DNA of 32,539 nucleotides from sequence record SRR2962707_2219; one strand, 5' to 3'. Shown piece by piece: positions 17,472 to 26,520 of this stretch (position 1 is its first letter; each line of letters starts with the position of its first letter). The notes under the pieces were generated by a model. It saw only the letters and a program-made list of their open reading frames with translations, ran no database searches and was not told where the DNA came from. The position numbers and the translations under genes were made by a program.

Positions 17472-17727
17472 TAGGGGGATTGCGCTCGTCGAGATATCGC
17501 GAATGAAGGCGGGTCAGGGTCTGGCCATCAACGGCTCCCGAACGTCGCAAGGCAACGATCAGCTCTTCGACGTCGTCCAAGGTCACATCGTCTCCCGCAA
17601 GGCGCGTCACAGCATCCGCCCAATCATCGATTTCGGATCGCGCTGCGGTGATCTGGTGGCGACTGGCAAGTTCGCGAACCACCTGCTCTGCGGTGCCGTG
17701 CGTCATGATTTCGGCTGCCTGTGGCAT
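17464..17727 (-). CDS. Small protein overlapping the fic start; putative FicA/VbhA-like antitoxin
   Basis: ATG 17727 about 9 nt after GAGG (alternative start 17742); 8-bp overlap with fic; helical protein containing VTRLAG, similar to SxRLEG. Confidence 0.65.
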   Translation of the reverse strand: MPQAAEIMTHGTAEQVVRELASRHQITAARSEIDDWADAVTRLAGDDVTLDDVEELIVALRRSGAVDGQTLTRLHSRYLDERNPPNV

Positions 17728-17807
17728 GACTTCAAACCTCATTTTTGTTTAGAATGTTAACACGACTAAACGTATGAATCGATAGGACCAATCGAGAAAT
17801 AGGCGGC

Positions 17808-18692
17808 CTATGCGGCCGCCCTGCCCTCCTGAAGATTGTGCAGAAAGTCGGCTGCGGCCTGCGCGCGTGACGCTGCGCGGAAGATGGCCTTTTTGTCTTG
17901 CTTGAGACATTTGAGCCAGCTTGCCAGATACGACGTGCTCTCATCGCGAACGCTAGCGGTGAGATCGAGGTCGCTGCAAATGAAACATGCGGTGATTTCG
18001 GCCACCAGTTCCTCGAAAGCATAGGCCTTGGTCTTCCTATTGGTGCTGCTGATGCGGTCGAGACGATGCTTTGCGCCGACCCAGTGGGCCAATTCGTGAA
18101 AGAGCGTCGAGTAGTATGCTTCCGGACTGACGAAGGCCGCAAATGGCGGCATCTGGATGCGATCAGCGGCGGGAATGTAGCAGGCTTTGTTGCTGCCATG
18201 GATGATGCTGGCCTCGGTGTTCCGGGCAAAGACTTCGGCGCGTTCGATACGCTGCTCGACTGGCAGAGGTGTCGGCACGGCATAATGTTCGTCCGCAAGT
18301 CCATCGATCTGGCTGAGATTAAAGACGGTATAGCCCTTCAGGTAGGGGATTTCCCGGTCTTCGTCCTTGGCGTTCTCGGCCTTGCGGCTGATGGTGCCGT
18401 ATTTGACGATCAGCGTTCCCTTCTCGCCTTTGCGGACCTGGCCGCCGAGCTCCTGCGCCTGCCGATAGGTCATGAACCGCTGATGCTCAAAGCCGTGGGT
18501 GGCGGTCGCAAGCCACAAAAGCAGGATGTTGATGCCGCGATAGGGCTCGCCATTGGCGCGAAGAGGGCGGGGGGAGTTCGATCCGACCTGGCTGGCACTC
18601 CAGGGCTTCATCCAAGGCCGTGTGCCATTCTCAAGGGCTGTGATGATGGTGTCGGTGATGCGCTGGTAGGTGTCGGCGCGGGTCTCGCTCAT
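17808..18692 (-). CDS. ardC: ArdC-family antirestriction / ssDNA-binding protein with zincin-like domain
   Basis: YQRITDTII..LENG..PW.KPW, YRGINILLL, GGQVRKGEKG, YTVFN..QIDG, HELAHW and YAFEELVAE. Confidence 0.92.
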   Translation of the reverse strand: MSETRADTYQRITDTIITALENGTRPWMKPWSASQVGSNSPRPLRANGEPYRGINILLLWLATATHGFEHQRFMTYRQAQELGGQVRKGEKGTLIVKYGTISRKAENAKDEDREIPYLKGYTVFNLSQIDGLADEHYAVPTPLPVEQRIERAEVFARNTEASIIHGSNKACYIPAADRIQMPPFAAFVSPEAYYSTLFHELAHWVGAKHRLDRISSTNRKTKAYAFEELVAEITACFICSDLDLTASVRDESTSYLASWLKCLKQDKKAIFRAASRAQAAADFLHNLQEGRAAA

Positions 18693-18701
18693 AGCTGTCT
18701 C

Positions 18702-18950
18702 CTTGGCTCCGTCTTGCTGACGGGGGCTTGTGAGACAGGGCCTTGAGGGACGGGCGCACCCATAGGGCCGGAACGTATGTGGAGGGCATCGGCGCCCGGA
18801 AAATTTGGTCCGCGAGGAAGGCCGATCCGGGGGTCCCCTGCCCGGCTTGCCGGGTGGGGGTGGTCGGCCGGGGAAATTTTAGAGGGCAAAGATGCTGCGC
18901 GCGACGCGTGTCCTGTCAGCCATCCGTCACGAAAGCAAGACGGAGCCAAG
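18702..18950. promoter_or_regulatory. Long-range inverted repeat (17-bp perfect arms) enclosing the ardC upstream region
   Basis: CTTGGCTCCGTCTTGCT (18702-18718) and AGCAAGACGGAGCCAAG (18934-18950), extendable inward with bulges; the left arm overlaps the ardC SD (AAGGAG). Confidence 0.7.
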
Positions 18951-19199
18951 CGGAGCTGCACTGCTGGCGACTGCGCCGCCTATTAGCCTCGAAGAGCCTC
19001 TACGGCATAGTGGGGTGGCAATTAGGCCGGAAGGACTTGGCCGACGTGCCTCTGGGAGCTTCCCCCCTGCCCTACCCCGCACGGAATCGACCGCTCCCGG
19101 CTTTTCTCACAGGGATCGAGTAGCTTGTAGCGCTGCAGATATTCATTCGAGGATTCTTCCATACTTGCACGCCTGCTCAGTACGGACGGACAATCAAAT

Positions 19200-19862
19200 T
19201 CATGGGATCTCGTGATCCGGAACTGGCGCTTGGATAATGCGTTCGCCGAACGATCCGATCTCAACGCCTCCTCCTCCGCCGTCAGGAGCTAGTCGTTCTG
19301 CGCCGATACTACCTTTGTTGCGCTCAATGAGGCCCCAAAGTTCCTGTCCGGTGTTCGATTTGACGCGAATAGCGCCCGCCCTAACGAGAATCTTGCGAAG
19401 CTCGTTGGCCTCGAACCCTCCGAGATGTGCCTGGATGATTTTGAAGGATCGCCACTGCCAGTTATCGTGCGACATAAGTTCACGAGCGACACGCTCGGCT
19501 GCGAAAAGCGTTCGATGTTCGATCTCGAGTCTATGCGCATTCACCTGCTGATCGAATTCGGCTTTCAAACCGGCTAGTCGTTCGTCAAAGGTATGCCGCC
19601 GTTCAACAGCGTCCTTATCGACTCCAGCCTTCCATTCGGCGATTTCCTTGTCGAATTTCGCACGCCTTTCCGCAGCCTCGCTTTCCAATTCAGCCCTCAG
19701 TTTTGTCAGCCGAGCATCGATCTTTCCTCGACTGCTGGAGACGTAGATCGTAACAACCGACGTTATCAATGCAGTGATGATTGCCACCAGACCGGCAACG
19801 AAGGCTCCCTGTCAATGCGGCGATGCCCATAATGCATCCCATAGGCCCTTCGCGATCTCCAT
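19200..19862 (-). pseudogene. Membrane-anchored coiled-coil hypothetical protein with an in-frame TGA at codon 17
   Basis: SD GGGGAGGG, then ATG 19862 MEIAKGLWDALWASPH*QGAFVAGLVAIITALITSVV... in frame with ORF 19200..19787; stop at 19812-19814. Confidence 0.6.
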
Positions 19863-20051
19863 CCGAACACCCTCCCCTTCGGCTGCCGAGCTATTGGATA
19901 AAGGACATTATCATACACTCAAGATTTCGCGTATGTTCACCTTCGGCCAGCGTCGGGGCTATGACGGTGAGGTGGTCAAGCATCATCAAGTGCGGCAACT
20001 CCAATGTCCAAAGATGTGATGGGCATTCTCGAAACTCGCGACAAGTCTATA

Positions 20052-20290
20052 CTACCGCACCAGCGCTTTCACGGTGATCGTGCAACGTTGATCCGCGCCG
20101 GCCGTGCGCGCAGCCTCGGTGCATTGGCCGATTGACTCCGCATTGTCGCGCACGAAATGCGAAGCCTCGACCATGCCGCGCCACCATTCTGGTCGCCTGT
20201 CTGCATCATCGAGACGCCGGCGCTCCATCGGTCCTGGCCCGTGACGATCGCCGCAACAACGCGATGCGATCCCGACGCCACTCTTATCAA
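20052..20290 (-). pseudogene. Frameshifted C-terminal remnant resembling DUF6118 family proteins
   Basis: GQDRWSAGVSMMQTGDQNG in one frame continues as WRGMVEASHFVRDNAESIGQC...AGADQRCTITV* in another; family recognised from memory. Confidence 0.5.
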
Positions 20291-20314
20291 CGGACGCTGC
20301 CACGGTGCCTGCCT

Positions 20315-21424
20315 TTAAAGCACGCCCCACGCCCGATATCGTCCCCGGCCCGTCAACTCACGCACGCCCAGTTCGTCGATCAGGTTCAGGGCCCCCCGCG
20401 GCGTGATCCGGGCGGTCGCTGCGATCATTGCAGCGGTGACGACCGGTCGCGACAGGAATAGCTCTATGGCGATGGGCAGGGTGCTAGAGGATCGACGTCC
20501 GCGCAGGCGCCGCTCCATCTGTCCTTTTTCAAGGTTCAATCGATCGAGCTCCTTGAGCCCGGCCGAGGCGGCGGCCTGCATAGCGTCGAGATAGGCAAGG
20601 ATCCGGGTGCTGGTATCGCGTGCGCGCCGGCGCTCTCGCGGCAAGGCGCGGAGCCCTACACAGAAGGCGAGCAGGTGCGAGCCAACCTTGCCCCGCGAGC
20701 GCAGGTAGGCGCCGACCATGAGCTGGCCGAGCCAGTGTTGTCGCTCTAGGGGTTCGATTGCCTCCCATGCGTCCCACAGCAGCGCGGCGCCGAGCGAAGG
20801 TGGCAGCCGATCGGCTTCCGCCGTGAGATCGAGCCAAGCGCCCAGCCGCTCGTCTTCGTTCCATTCCGGATCGCGGATCATCAGGTCGCCGGCCATCGTC
20901 GCCTCAACCGGAGCCGGAGCGGCTTCGACCTCTCCCGCGAGCAGCCGATTGGACCGGGCGAGCACCGCATCGATCTCGGCGAATTCAATGGCCAGTGCAT
21001 CGTCCTCCTCCCTATCGCCGGGATGCTCGAGCTCTTCCCCTCCCCTGCCCCGGTCCATTTCCGGTAGCTCCTCGTCGAGAGCTCGGCCACGCAGAGCCTT
21101 CAATCCGGCAGACGTAAGCGGCCAGCCGGCTGGCGCAGCGGCAATCTTGCGTCGAGCTCGAACAATGCCGTGTGCGAGGCCGGTTTCGTGGGTGGGCGTG
21201 CGGATATCCATCCAGGCGTCGCGCAGCACGAGGTCCTCGACATGGACAAGCTCACCGTTGACCCACATGCTCGCGGCTGCATCGAAGAAGTGTCCGCGCT
21301 CAATGAAGCCTGCCCCGACTTCGCTGCGGGCAACTCTTTCGTCGAGCCTGGCGAGCTGGTCCTCGGCGTCACCAAGGGCTGGCAGCAATGACTTCAGAGG
21401 CAAATCGGCGAGTTCGTAACGCAT
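20315..21424 (-). CDS. RHE_PE00001-family protein (DUF1612 + HTH_13)
   Basis: LARLDER, HFFDAAASMWVNGELVHVEDLVL, TPTHE and C-terminal RELTGRGRYRAWG; typical neighbour of rhizobial repABC/resolvase genes. Confidence 0.8.
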   Translation of the reverse strand: MRYELADLPLKSLLPALGDAEDQLARLDERVARSEVGAGFIERGHFFDAAASMWVNGELVHVEDLVLRDAWMDIRTPTHETGLAHGIVRARRKIAAAPAGWPLTSAGLKALRGRALDEELPEMDRGRGGEELEHPGDREEDDALAIEFAEIDAVLARSNRLLAGEVEAAPAPVEATMAGDLMIRDPEWNEDERLGAWLDLTAEADRLPPSLGAALLWDAWEAIEPLERQHWLGQLMVGAYLRSRGKVGSHLLAFCVGLRALPRERRRARDTSTRILAYLDAMQAAASAGLKELDRLNLEKGQMERRLRGRRSSSTLPIAIELFLSRPVVTAAMIAATARITPRGALNLIDELGVRELTGRGRYRAWGVL

Positions 21425-21706
21425 TGAAATTGCCCCTGATAAATCCTGTTACAGAAGCTAACACATCCTTCGCTTCCGTCACAGGGATAGACTTTTCACG
21501 CGCGTATACCATAGAGCGCATGTGAGCTTCTGGATTGAACAGCGATGCTTTGGCCCGCCCTCAGATCGACGAGAAACGCAGATTTAGTGGGCTTGTGCGG
21601 GCCTCAGGGTGAACGGAAGAACCACAAGACACGTTTACAAACGATCATTTATCCCTATCCTCTGTGTTTGGAAATCTGCCCTTCAACTGTCTCTCAGGCG
21701 CTGCAA

Positions 21707-22660
21707 ATGGCCGCTGACGCGCCGAAACGCACTTCCCGTCGACCACAGGGCCGCCTGATCGGCTATGCGCGCGTCTCCACGGACGAGCAGGCCACGGAAG
21801 CGCAAGAAATGGAGCTGCGCTCGGCCGGCTGCGACACGATCGTCCAGGAGCACGGTTCCGGTGCATCACGTGTCCGCCCTGCCCTCGCCAAGCTGGTGCG
21901 CGAGATCGGCGCCGGCGAAACGCTCGTCGTTGTCCGGCTGGACCGCCTGGCGCGTTCCGTCAGCCATTTGCTCGAGGTGATCGAGGATCTGACGGCAAAG
22001 GGAGCGCATTTCCGATCGCTGCGCGACCCGATCGACACCACGACGCCCCAGGGCATGTTCTCGCTGCAGGTTCTCGGCGCCGTCGCGCAGCTCGAACGCG
22101 CACTGATCTCGGAACGTACCAAGGCTGGTATCCTGGCGGCCAAGGCGAAAGGACGGCTGCCCGGCAATCCCGGCATTCGTGAACGGAGGCCGGATGTGCT
22201 GGCCAGGATGACGGCGGCACAGAAAGCCGCCTATGGAGTTCGTATCCAGGCGACCGCCACCCAGTGGCTTCCGACCGTCCGGCGCATGCGCCCCGATCAC
22301 TCATGGGATGACATCGCGCGTGTCCTCAAGCAGCGGGGTCTGGACTGGACGCCGGAGCGGCTTCGGCGCGCCGTGAAGTGGCTGGTCGCCGAGCGCATGG
22401 CTGACCCTGCCCTTCTCCGAAAATCTCCGCCGCGGCTTCCCGAGGATCGACTGATGACGCTTGTTGCCGGCATTTATTCCTCGAACCCGGATCTGACGCT
22501 TCGCGAGATTGCTGGCCAGCTCGAACGACTTCACGAGCGAACGCCGCGCGGCGGCACGAAATGGTCGCCCTCCTCGGTCAAGAACCTGATCGATCGGGCC
22601 CGACGCTCGGGGCTGATTGCCGATGACGCGGAAGGCGCTGTTGGTCCCGCCGGTGGATGA
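21707..22660 (+). CDS. Serine recombinase (resolvase) with C-terminal extension
   Basis: LIGYARVSTDEQ, VVRLDRLARS, IDTTTPQG, ERALISERT; palindrome CGTTTACAAACG at 21632-21643 in the upstream spacer may be part of a res site. Confidence 0.92.
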   Translation: MAADAPKRTSRRPQGRLIGYARVSTDEQATEAQEMELRSAGCDTIVQEHGSGASRVRPALAKLVREIGAGETLVVVRLDRLARSVSHLLEVIEDLTAKGAHFRSLRDPIDTTTPQGMFSLQVLGAVAQLERALISERTKAGILAAKAKGRLPGNPGIRERRPDVLARMTAAQKAAYGVRIQATATQWLPTVRRMRPDHSWDDIARVLKQRGLDWTPERLRRAVKWLVAERMADPALLRKSPPRLPEDRLMTLVAGIYSSNPDLTLREIAGQLERLHERTPRGGTKWSPSSVKNLIDRARRSGLIADDAEGAVGPAGG

Positions 22661-22668
22661 GCCCAACA

Positions 22669-23982
22669 TCATCGTCTCGGCTTCTGAAGGGATTTCAGCA
22701 GCGAATCCGAAACCTGCAGACGTGGATGATCATCATCAGGGCCTTTCGTGGGCCCGGCGCTGGTTTCAGGCGACTTCTGCACCTTGAGGCCTGCGTTGAG
22801 CAGCGCCATGATCATCGGCCAGGTGGAGAATTTGCCCGCCCTCGTCCGCTCAGTCAGGCCGCGCAGATATCCACCCGGGCTATTGATCTGCTCGGATCGC
22901 TGGTAGATCGCCGCCAGCGTGATCGCCGCATGCTGCTCACCCATGACCTCCCGGGCGTCGCTCCAGGCGCTCGGACTGATCGCCAGCATTGGCCGGGCAA
23001 GCTCGGCCGTCGCCAGAAAGTCCCGCCAATTGCGGATATCGCCGCCTTGCGCCACCTCCCGCAGGCTTGGGCACGCTTCCAGCACGATTCCCAATGGCAG
23101 ATCCCGCTTCGGCAAGCTCCGTACGTTGTCGGTTTCCCCGGCGCTGCTGCTCGCTTCATTCTTATTTCTAGAGCCACCTTCAGATTCAGATATGGAGTCT
23201 GGTTTTGAATTCTGTATGTGGCGATCAGAATGAGACTCATTGGCGTTCATATTCTGTGAATTTGCGAAAGATTCCAACACGTCACGGATCTCGCTGTGAA
23301 GCTCGTGGAGATCGGCGCAAATGTCCTCGATTAGCTGGCGTGGTGCCATCCTGGGCAGCCTGGAGACAATCGCCTGATAGGTCTGGAGCACCCTGCCCCA
23401 GTTACCCGGGACTTTCTCCTCAATCCCTGCGTCGATCATCTTGACGATATCGCGCCGTAGCAGCGTCAGGCGCTCCCTGGAGACACGAAATGCCTTCTTC
23501 TCGGCCTGCACTGCCTCCGCCAGATCCTTGAACTCCTCGGCACGCGCAACAATCGGGGAAAGATCAAAGCCATAGGCCTGTTCGATCTCACCGCCCCTGC
23601 CCTTACGCGCGAAGCGCTTTCCGTTCGGGCTGTCTCTGCGGATGATCAGCCCACAATCGACAAGCACCACAAGGTGGCGTCGCAGGGTCGCCGGCGAGAT
23701 GCCGTTTGCGCGCGCCGTGAGCTGTTCGTTGGACGGCCACACAATGAGCTCGCCTTCGGCGGACAGCTCCGTCTCTCGATGGAACGAGAGCAGGGCATTG
23801 AGGATCGATAGTGATTGACCCGTCGCGCCAAGCATCTCCCGTGCCTCACGGATGTGGTGGAATACCGCCCATTTGTTTGCGATCGCCGCCCTCGGCATCG
23901 CCCTGGCATTCGCCTGGCTTGCAATCTGGCCGAGCGTCACCGCTCGCCGCCCAAAGGGCGTCGTCGTGATATGTGTTTGCAT
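22669..23982 (-). CDS. repC: Plasmid replication initiator RepC
   Basis: TTPFGRR, VWPSNEQL, RRDSPNGKRFARK, AYGFDLSP, INSPGGYLR. Confidence 0.96.
   Translation of the reverse strand: MQTHITTTPFGRRAVTLGQIASQANARAMPRAAIANKWAVFHHIREAREMLGATGQSLSILNALLSFHRETELSAEGELIVWPSNEQLTARANGISPATLRRHLVVLVDCGLIIRRDSPNGKRFARKGRGGEIEQAYGFDLSPIVARAEEFKDLAEAVQAEKKAFRVSRERLTLLRRDIVKMIDAGIEEKVPGNWGRVLQTYQAIVSRLPRMAPRQLIEDICADLHELHSEIRDVLESFANSQNMNANESHSDRHIQNSKPDSISESEGGSRNKNEASSSAGETDNVRSLPKRDLPLGIVLEACPSLREVAQGGDIRNWRDFLATAELARPMLAISPSAWSDAREVMGEQHAAITLAAIYQRSEQINSPGGYLRGLTERTRAGKFSTWPMIMALLNAGLKVQKSPETSAGPTKGPDDDHPRLQVSDSLLKSLQKPRR
23150..23290. other. Probable oriV: AT-rich segment inside repC with clustered GANTC sites
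   Basis: GANTC at 23183, 23195, 23234 and 23270 in a locally AT-rich stretch; repABC origins are known to lie within repC. Confidence 0.6.
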
Positions 23983-24049
23983 TGTCCTTCACCTATCGCT
24001 AGGCAAAAGAAATCCGCTCGCCGAAACGACGCTATCCCGGTAGGGACTC

Positions 24050-24136
24050 TTGACTACGATTCGCGGAAATGCGATTCTCTGTTTGCTTATGACTGAGAAG
24101 GGCTTCCGGACGTGATTTCGGGGGCCTTTTTCTTTT
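24050..24136 (+). ncRNA. repABC counter-transcribed RNA (ctRNA) with its promoter; RNA about 24085-24136
   Basis: -35 TTGACT (24050), 17 bp, -10 GATTCT (24073), then a GC stem-loop and TTTTTCTTTT terminator in the repB-repC spacer. Confidence 0.85.
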
Positions 24137-24160
24137 GCGGCCTTTACATCGGCAATCTGA

Positions 24161-25177
24161 TTAGGTCGGCTTCTCCTTCTCGTTTTCGAATTGTCGATAG
24201 AGCTCGGGCAGACGCGTTGCGACGAACTCCCCGAACTCCAATGATCCTTCGCCATCCACCACAACGGCAACTGAATTGCTCGTCCTTTGGATTGTCGCGA
24301 TCTTCTGTCCACTCTCGTCTTTCACCACGGACGGCTTCGAATTGGCAGATGCCTTCTTGGGAGCGAGAGCGTTGAAAAGTCGGACGAAGCGTTGATCTGT
24401 GTCCGCTTCAATGAACTTCTGATCGGTCAGCGCAGCGTCCAAACGGCTCTGGTTCTTAAGTCCGGCAATCCGCTCGGCAAGCGCGCTCCACCGGGGCCGA
24501 CCGGCTTTTGGCGCCGGACCAACTGCGGCGATGACGCTTCGTGGAATTGACTTGGTGAGAGATAGAAGCCTGGAGAGCTGCGTCTTCTCCATGCTTAGGG
24601 CCGACATGATTATAGCCCGATCAAAGCCCTGCTCCTCAAGCGTCAGCGCAAACATTCCGCGCTCGATGTAGCTTAGGTCTTGCCGAGCGGAATTTTCCTG
24701 CCCCTGGATCACAACGAGTTCTTCGTTTGTGAGATTCTCTACCACCGCACGGACCGGCCGACCGAGCCTGGCTAGAATCTTCGCACGCCGGTGACCGTAA
24801 GCGATCTGGTAGCGTTCAGGTTCATCGGGATGAGGTCGAACCAGGATGGGGCTTTTTTGTCCGGCCTCCTTAATTGCCTGATAGAGGACCATAAACTCTG
24901 CCCCTTCATCGTCGAGCCGATCCTTGGCAAACGACCCGACGAGCTTGTCAGCGGGTATCTCGACAACGGAGGCCCCTGATGCGATCAAGGCTTTCGCGCG
25001 CTCGGCTGCAGATGCAATTTGGCCAAGGGATCGTCCCATGGCACCTACCGCGCCTGACTGCACGTGCGAAATAGCTGGTGGTGCTTCTACAGTTGGGGGA
25101 AGCGGGTCAGAGTTGCCACCTGGCAACTCCGCGGAACGCCGCGATAACATCGCCTTGAGAGTATCTTTGCGGCTCAC
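24161..25177 (-). CDS. repB: Plasmid partitioning protein RepB
   Basis: GQKSPILVRPHP, YQIAYGHRR, QGQENSARQDLSYIE, GPAPKAGRPRW; GTGA overlap with the repA stop. Confidence 0.95.
   Translation of the reverse strand: MSRKDTLKAMLSRRSAELPGGNSDPLPPTVEAPPAISHVQSGAVGAMGRSLGQIASAAERAKALIASGASVVEIPADKLVGSFAKDRLDDEGAEFMVLYQAIKEAGQKSPILVRPHPDEPERYQIAYGHRRAKILARLGRPVRAVVENLTNEELVVIQGQENSARQDLSYIERGMFALTLEEQGFDRAIIMSALSMEKTQLSRLLSLTKSIPRSVIAAVGPAPKAGRPRWSALAERIAGLKNQSRLDAALTDQKFIEADTDQRFVRLFNALAPKKASANSKPSVVKDESGQKIATIQRTSNSVAVVVDGEGSLEFGEFVATRLPELYRQFENEKEKPT
25112..25127. promoter_or_regulatory. parS-like palindrome inside 5' repB
   Basis: GTTGCCACCTGGCAAC flanked by GA/TC; near-identical to 26505-26520. 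Confidence 0.7.
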
Positions 25178-26388
25178 GTAGCCCTCCCCCAAGCCTGTTG
25201 CATCAGCCTGTCGATCTCGTCGTTGACGGCATCGAGAGATTCCATGGCCCGGTCATAGGTCTGCTTTGAAAAGTTTTCTCTTCCAATCTCATAGAGTGTC
25301 TGTTTCGACAGGCCGGCATCAGAAATGGCGGTTGATTTGACCATTGTGCTATTCAAGACACGATCTCGGAAGAGGGACCGCATGAACGCAACCATCTGTG
25401 TTTGGGGCGCGTCGGCCGGCTCGAAACGTGTCACGACATAGCGAATGAAGTCGTACTCTAGATCTCCGCCGGATGTTTGGACCACCCTCAGGATATCCGC
25501 TGCCATCAGCAGGAATTGGCACATCGACATTACATCCAGCATTTGTGGATGAACGGTAATCAGTAGCCCCGTGGCTGCGCAGAGAGCTCCGAGCGTGAGA
25601 AAACCTAGCTGCGGGGGGCAGTCTAGGATCATTACGTCGTAATCGCTAGCAACGGTTCCCAAAGCTGTAGCAAGACGTCCAAAAAACGGTTCTGAGTCAT
25701 GTTCCGCTAGAGCTCTCGGTGTATCGTGCTCATATTCCATAAGCTCGAGATTGCCCGGGATCAGATCGAGGCCTGGAAAGTATGTTTTGCGAATGACGTC
25801 CCTGAGGGGCCTGCGATCCTCGTCATACCGCACGGCCGCATATACCGTCTGATTGGGTTGAATGTCATACTCCGGCTGATAGCCATGCAATGCGGTGAGA
25901 GAGGCCTGCGGGTCAAGATCTACGGCAAGAACGCGGTACCCCTTAAGTGCGAGATATTGCGCAAGATGCGCGGCTGTTGTCGTTTTGCCCGATCCGCCTT
26001 TGAAGTTGACGACTGCCATAACCTGGCAATGCTCCCCGCTGCGACGGTGCGGAAGGTAGCGCTTTCCTTTGGAGCCCTCTTCCAGAACAACACGCAGTTC
26101 ATTGATCTGATCAAGTGTATAAGACCGACGACCGCCGGCACCGATTGCCGGCTGCGGTCCCTTGCCACCAAGTGACAATTGACGCAAATATGCGTCGGCA
26201 ATACCGATCAGCTTCGCTGTCTCAACCGATGAGAAGGAGCGAAGTGTTTTCTGGGACACGGGTGGGAAGAGGGCCTCCCTCATGGCCAGCAATTCTGCGG
26301 ACAGGGCAGCGCCATCGGCCGCGATGACATCGGTCATCGGCGGCCTTGTGCCAAGGGCCAGTGTTTTTGCGCTACGGGCTTTCTGCAT
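25174..26388 (-). CDS. repA: Plasmid partitioning ATPase RepA
   Basis: NFKGGSGKTT, DLDPQASL, DCPPQLGFLT, HPQMLDVMSM, KSTAISDAGL. Confidence 0.96.
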   Translation of the reverse strand: MQKARSAKTLALGTRPPMTDVIAADGAALSAELLAMREALFPPVSQKTLRSFSSVETAKLIGIADAYLRQLSLGGKGPQPAIGAGGRRSYTLDQINELRVVLEEGSKGKRYLPHRRSGEHCQVMAVVNFKGGSGKTTTAAHLAQYLALKGYRVLAVDLDPQASLTALHGYQPEYDIQPNQTVYAAVRYDEDRRPLRDVIRKTYFPGLDLIPGNLELMEYEHDTPRALAEHDSEPFFGRLATALGTVASDYDVMILDCPPQLGFLTLGALCAATGLLITVHPQMLDVMSMCQFLLMAADILRVVQTSGGDLEYDFIRYVVTRFEPADAPQTQMVAFMRSLFRDRVLNSTMVKSTAISDAGLSKQTLYEIGRENFSKQTYDRAMESLDAVNDEIDRLMQQAWGRAT

Positions 26389-26460
26389 AACTACGAGGCC
26401 TGTTCCAACTACGCCATTTTTTCGTAGTTAGAATTGCCGCGAGTCGCTCCAGAATGCAAG
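26389..26460 (-). promoter_or_regulatory. repA promoter/operator region
   Basis: Candidate -35 TTGCAT with a GANTC in the spacer; inverted repeat AACTACG...CGTAGTT downstream, a plausible RepA autorepression operator. Confidence 0.45.
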
Positions 26461-26504
26461 AAATTTAAGGTTAAGCGAAATTAACGTCCTTGGCATCAGC
26501 TTGA

Positions 26505-26520
26505 GTTGCCACATGGCAAC
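26505..26520. promoter_or_regulatory. parS-like palindrome upstream of repA
   Basis: GTTGCCACATGGCAAC (GAGTTGCCA-CA-TGGCAACTC); resembles the repABC parS consensus GTTNNCNGCNGNNAAC. Confidence 0.75.
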
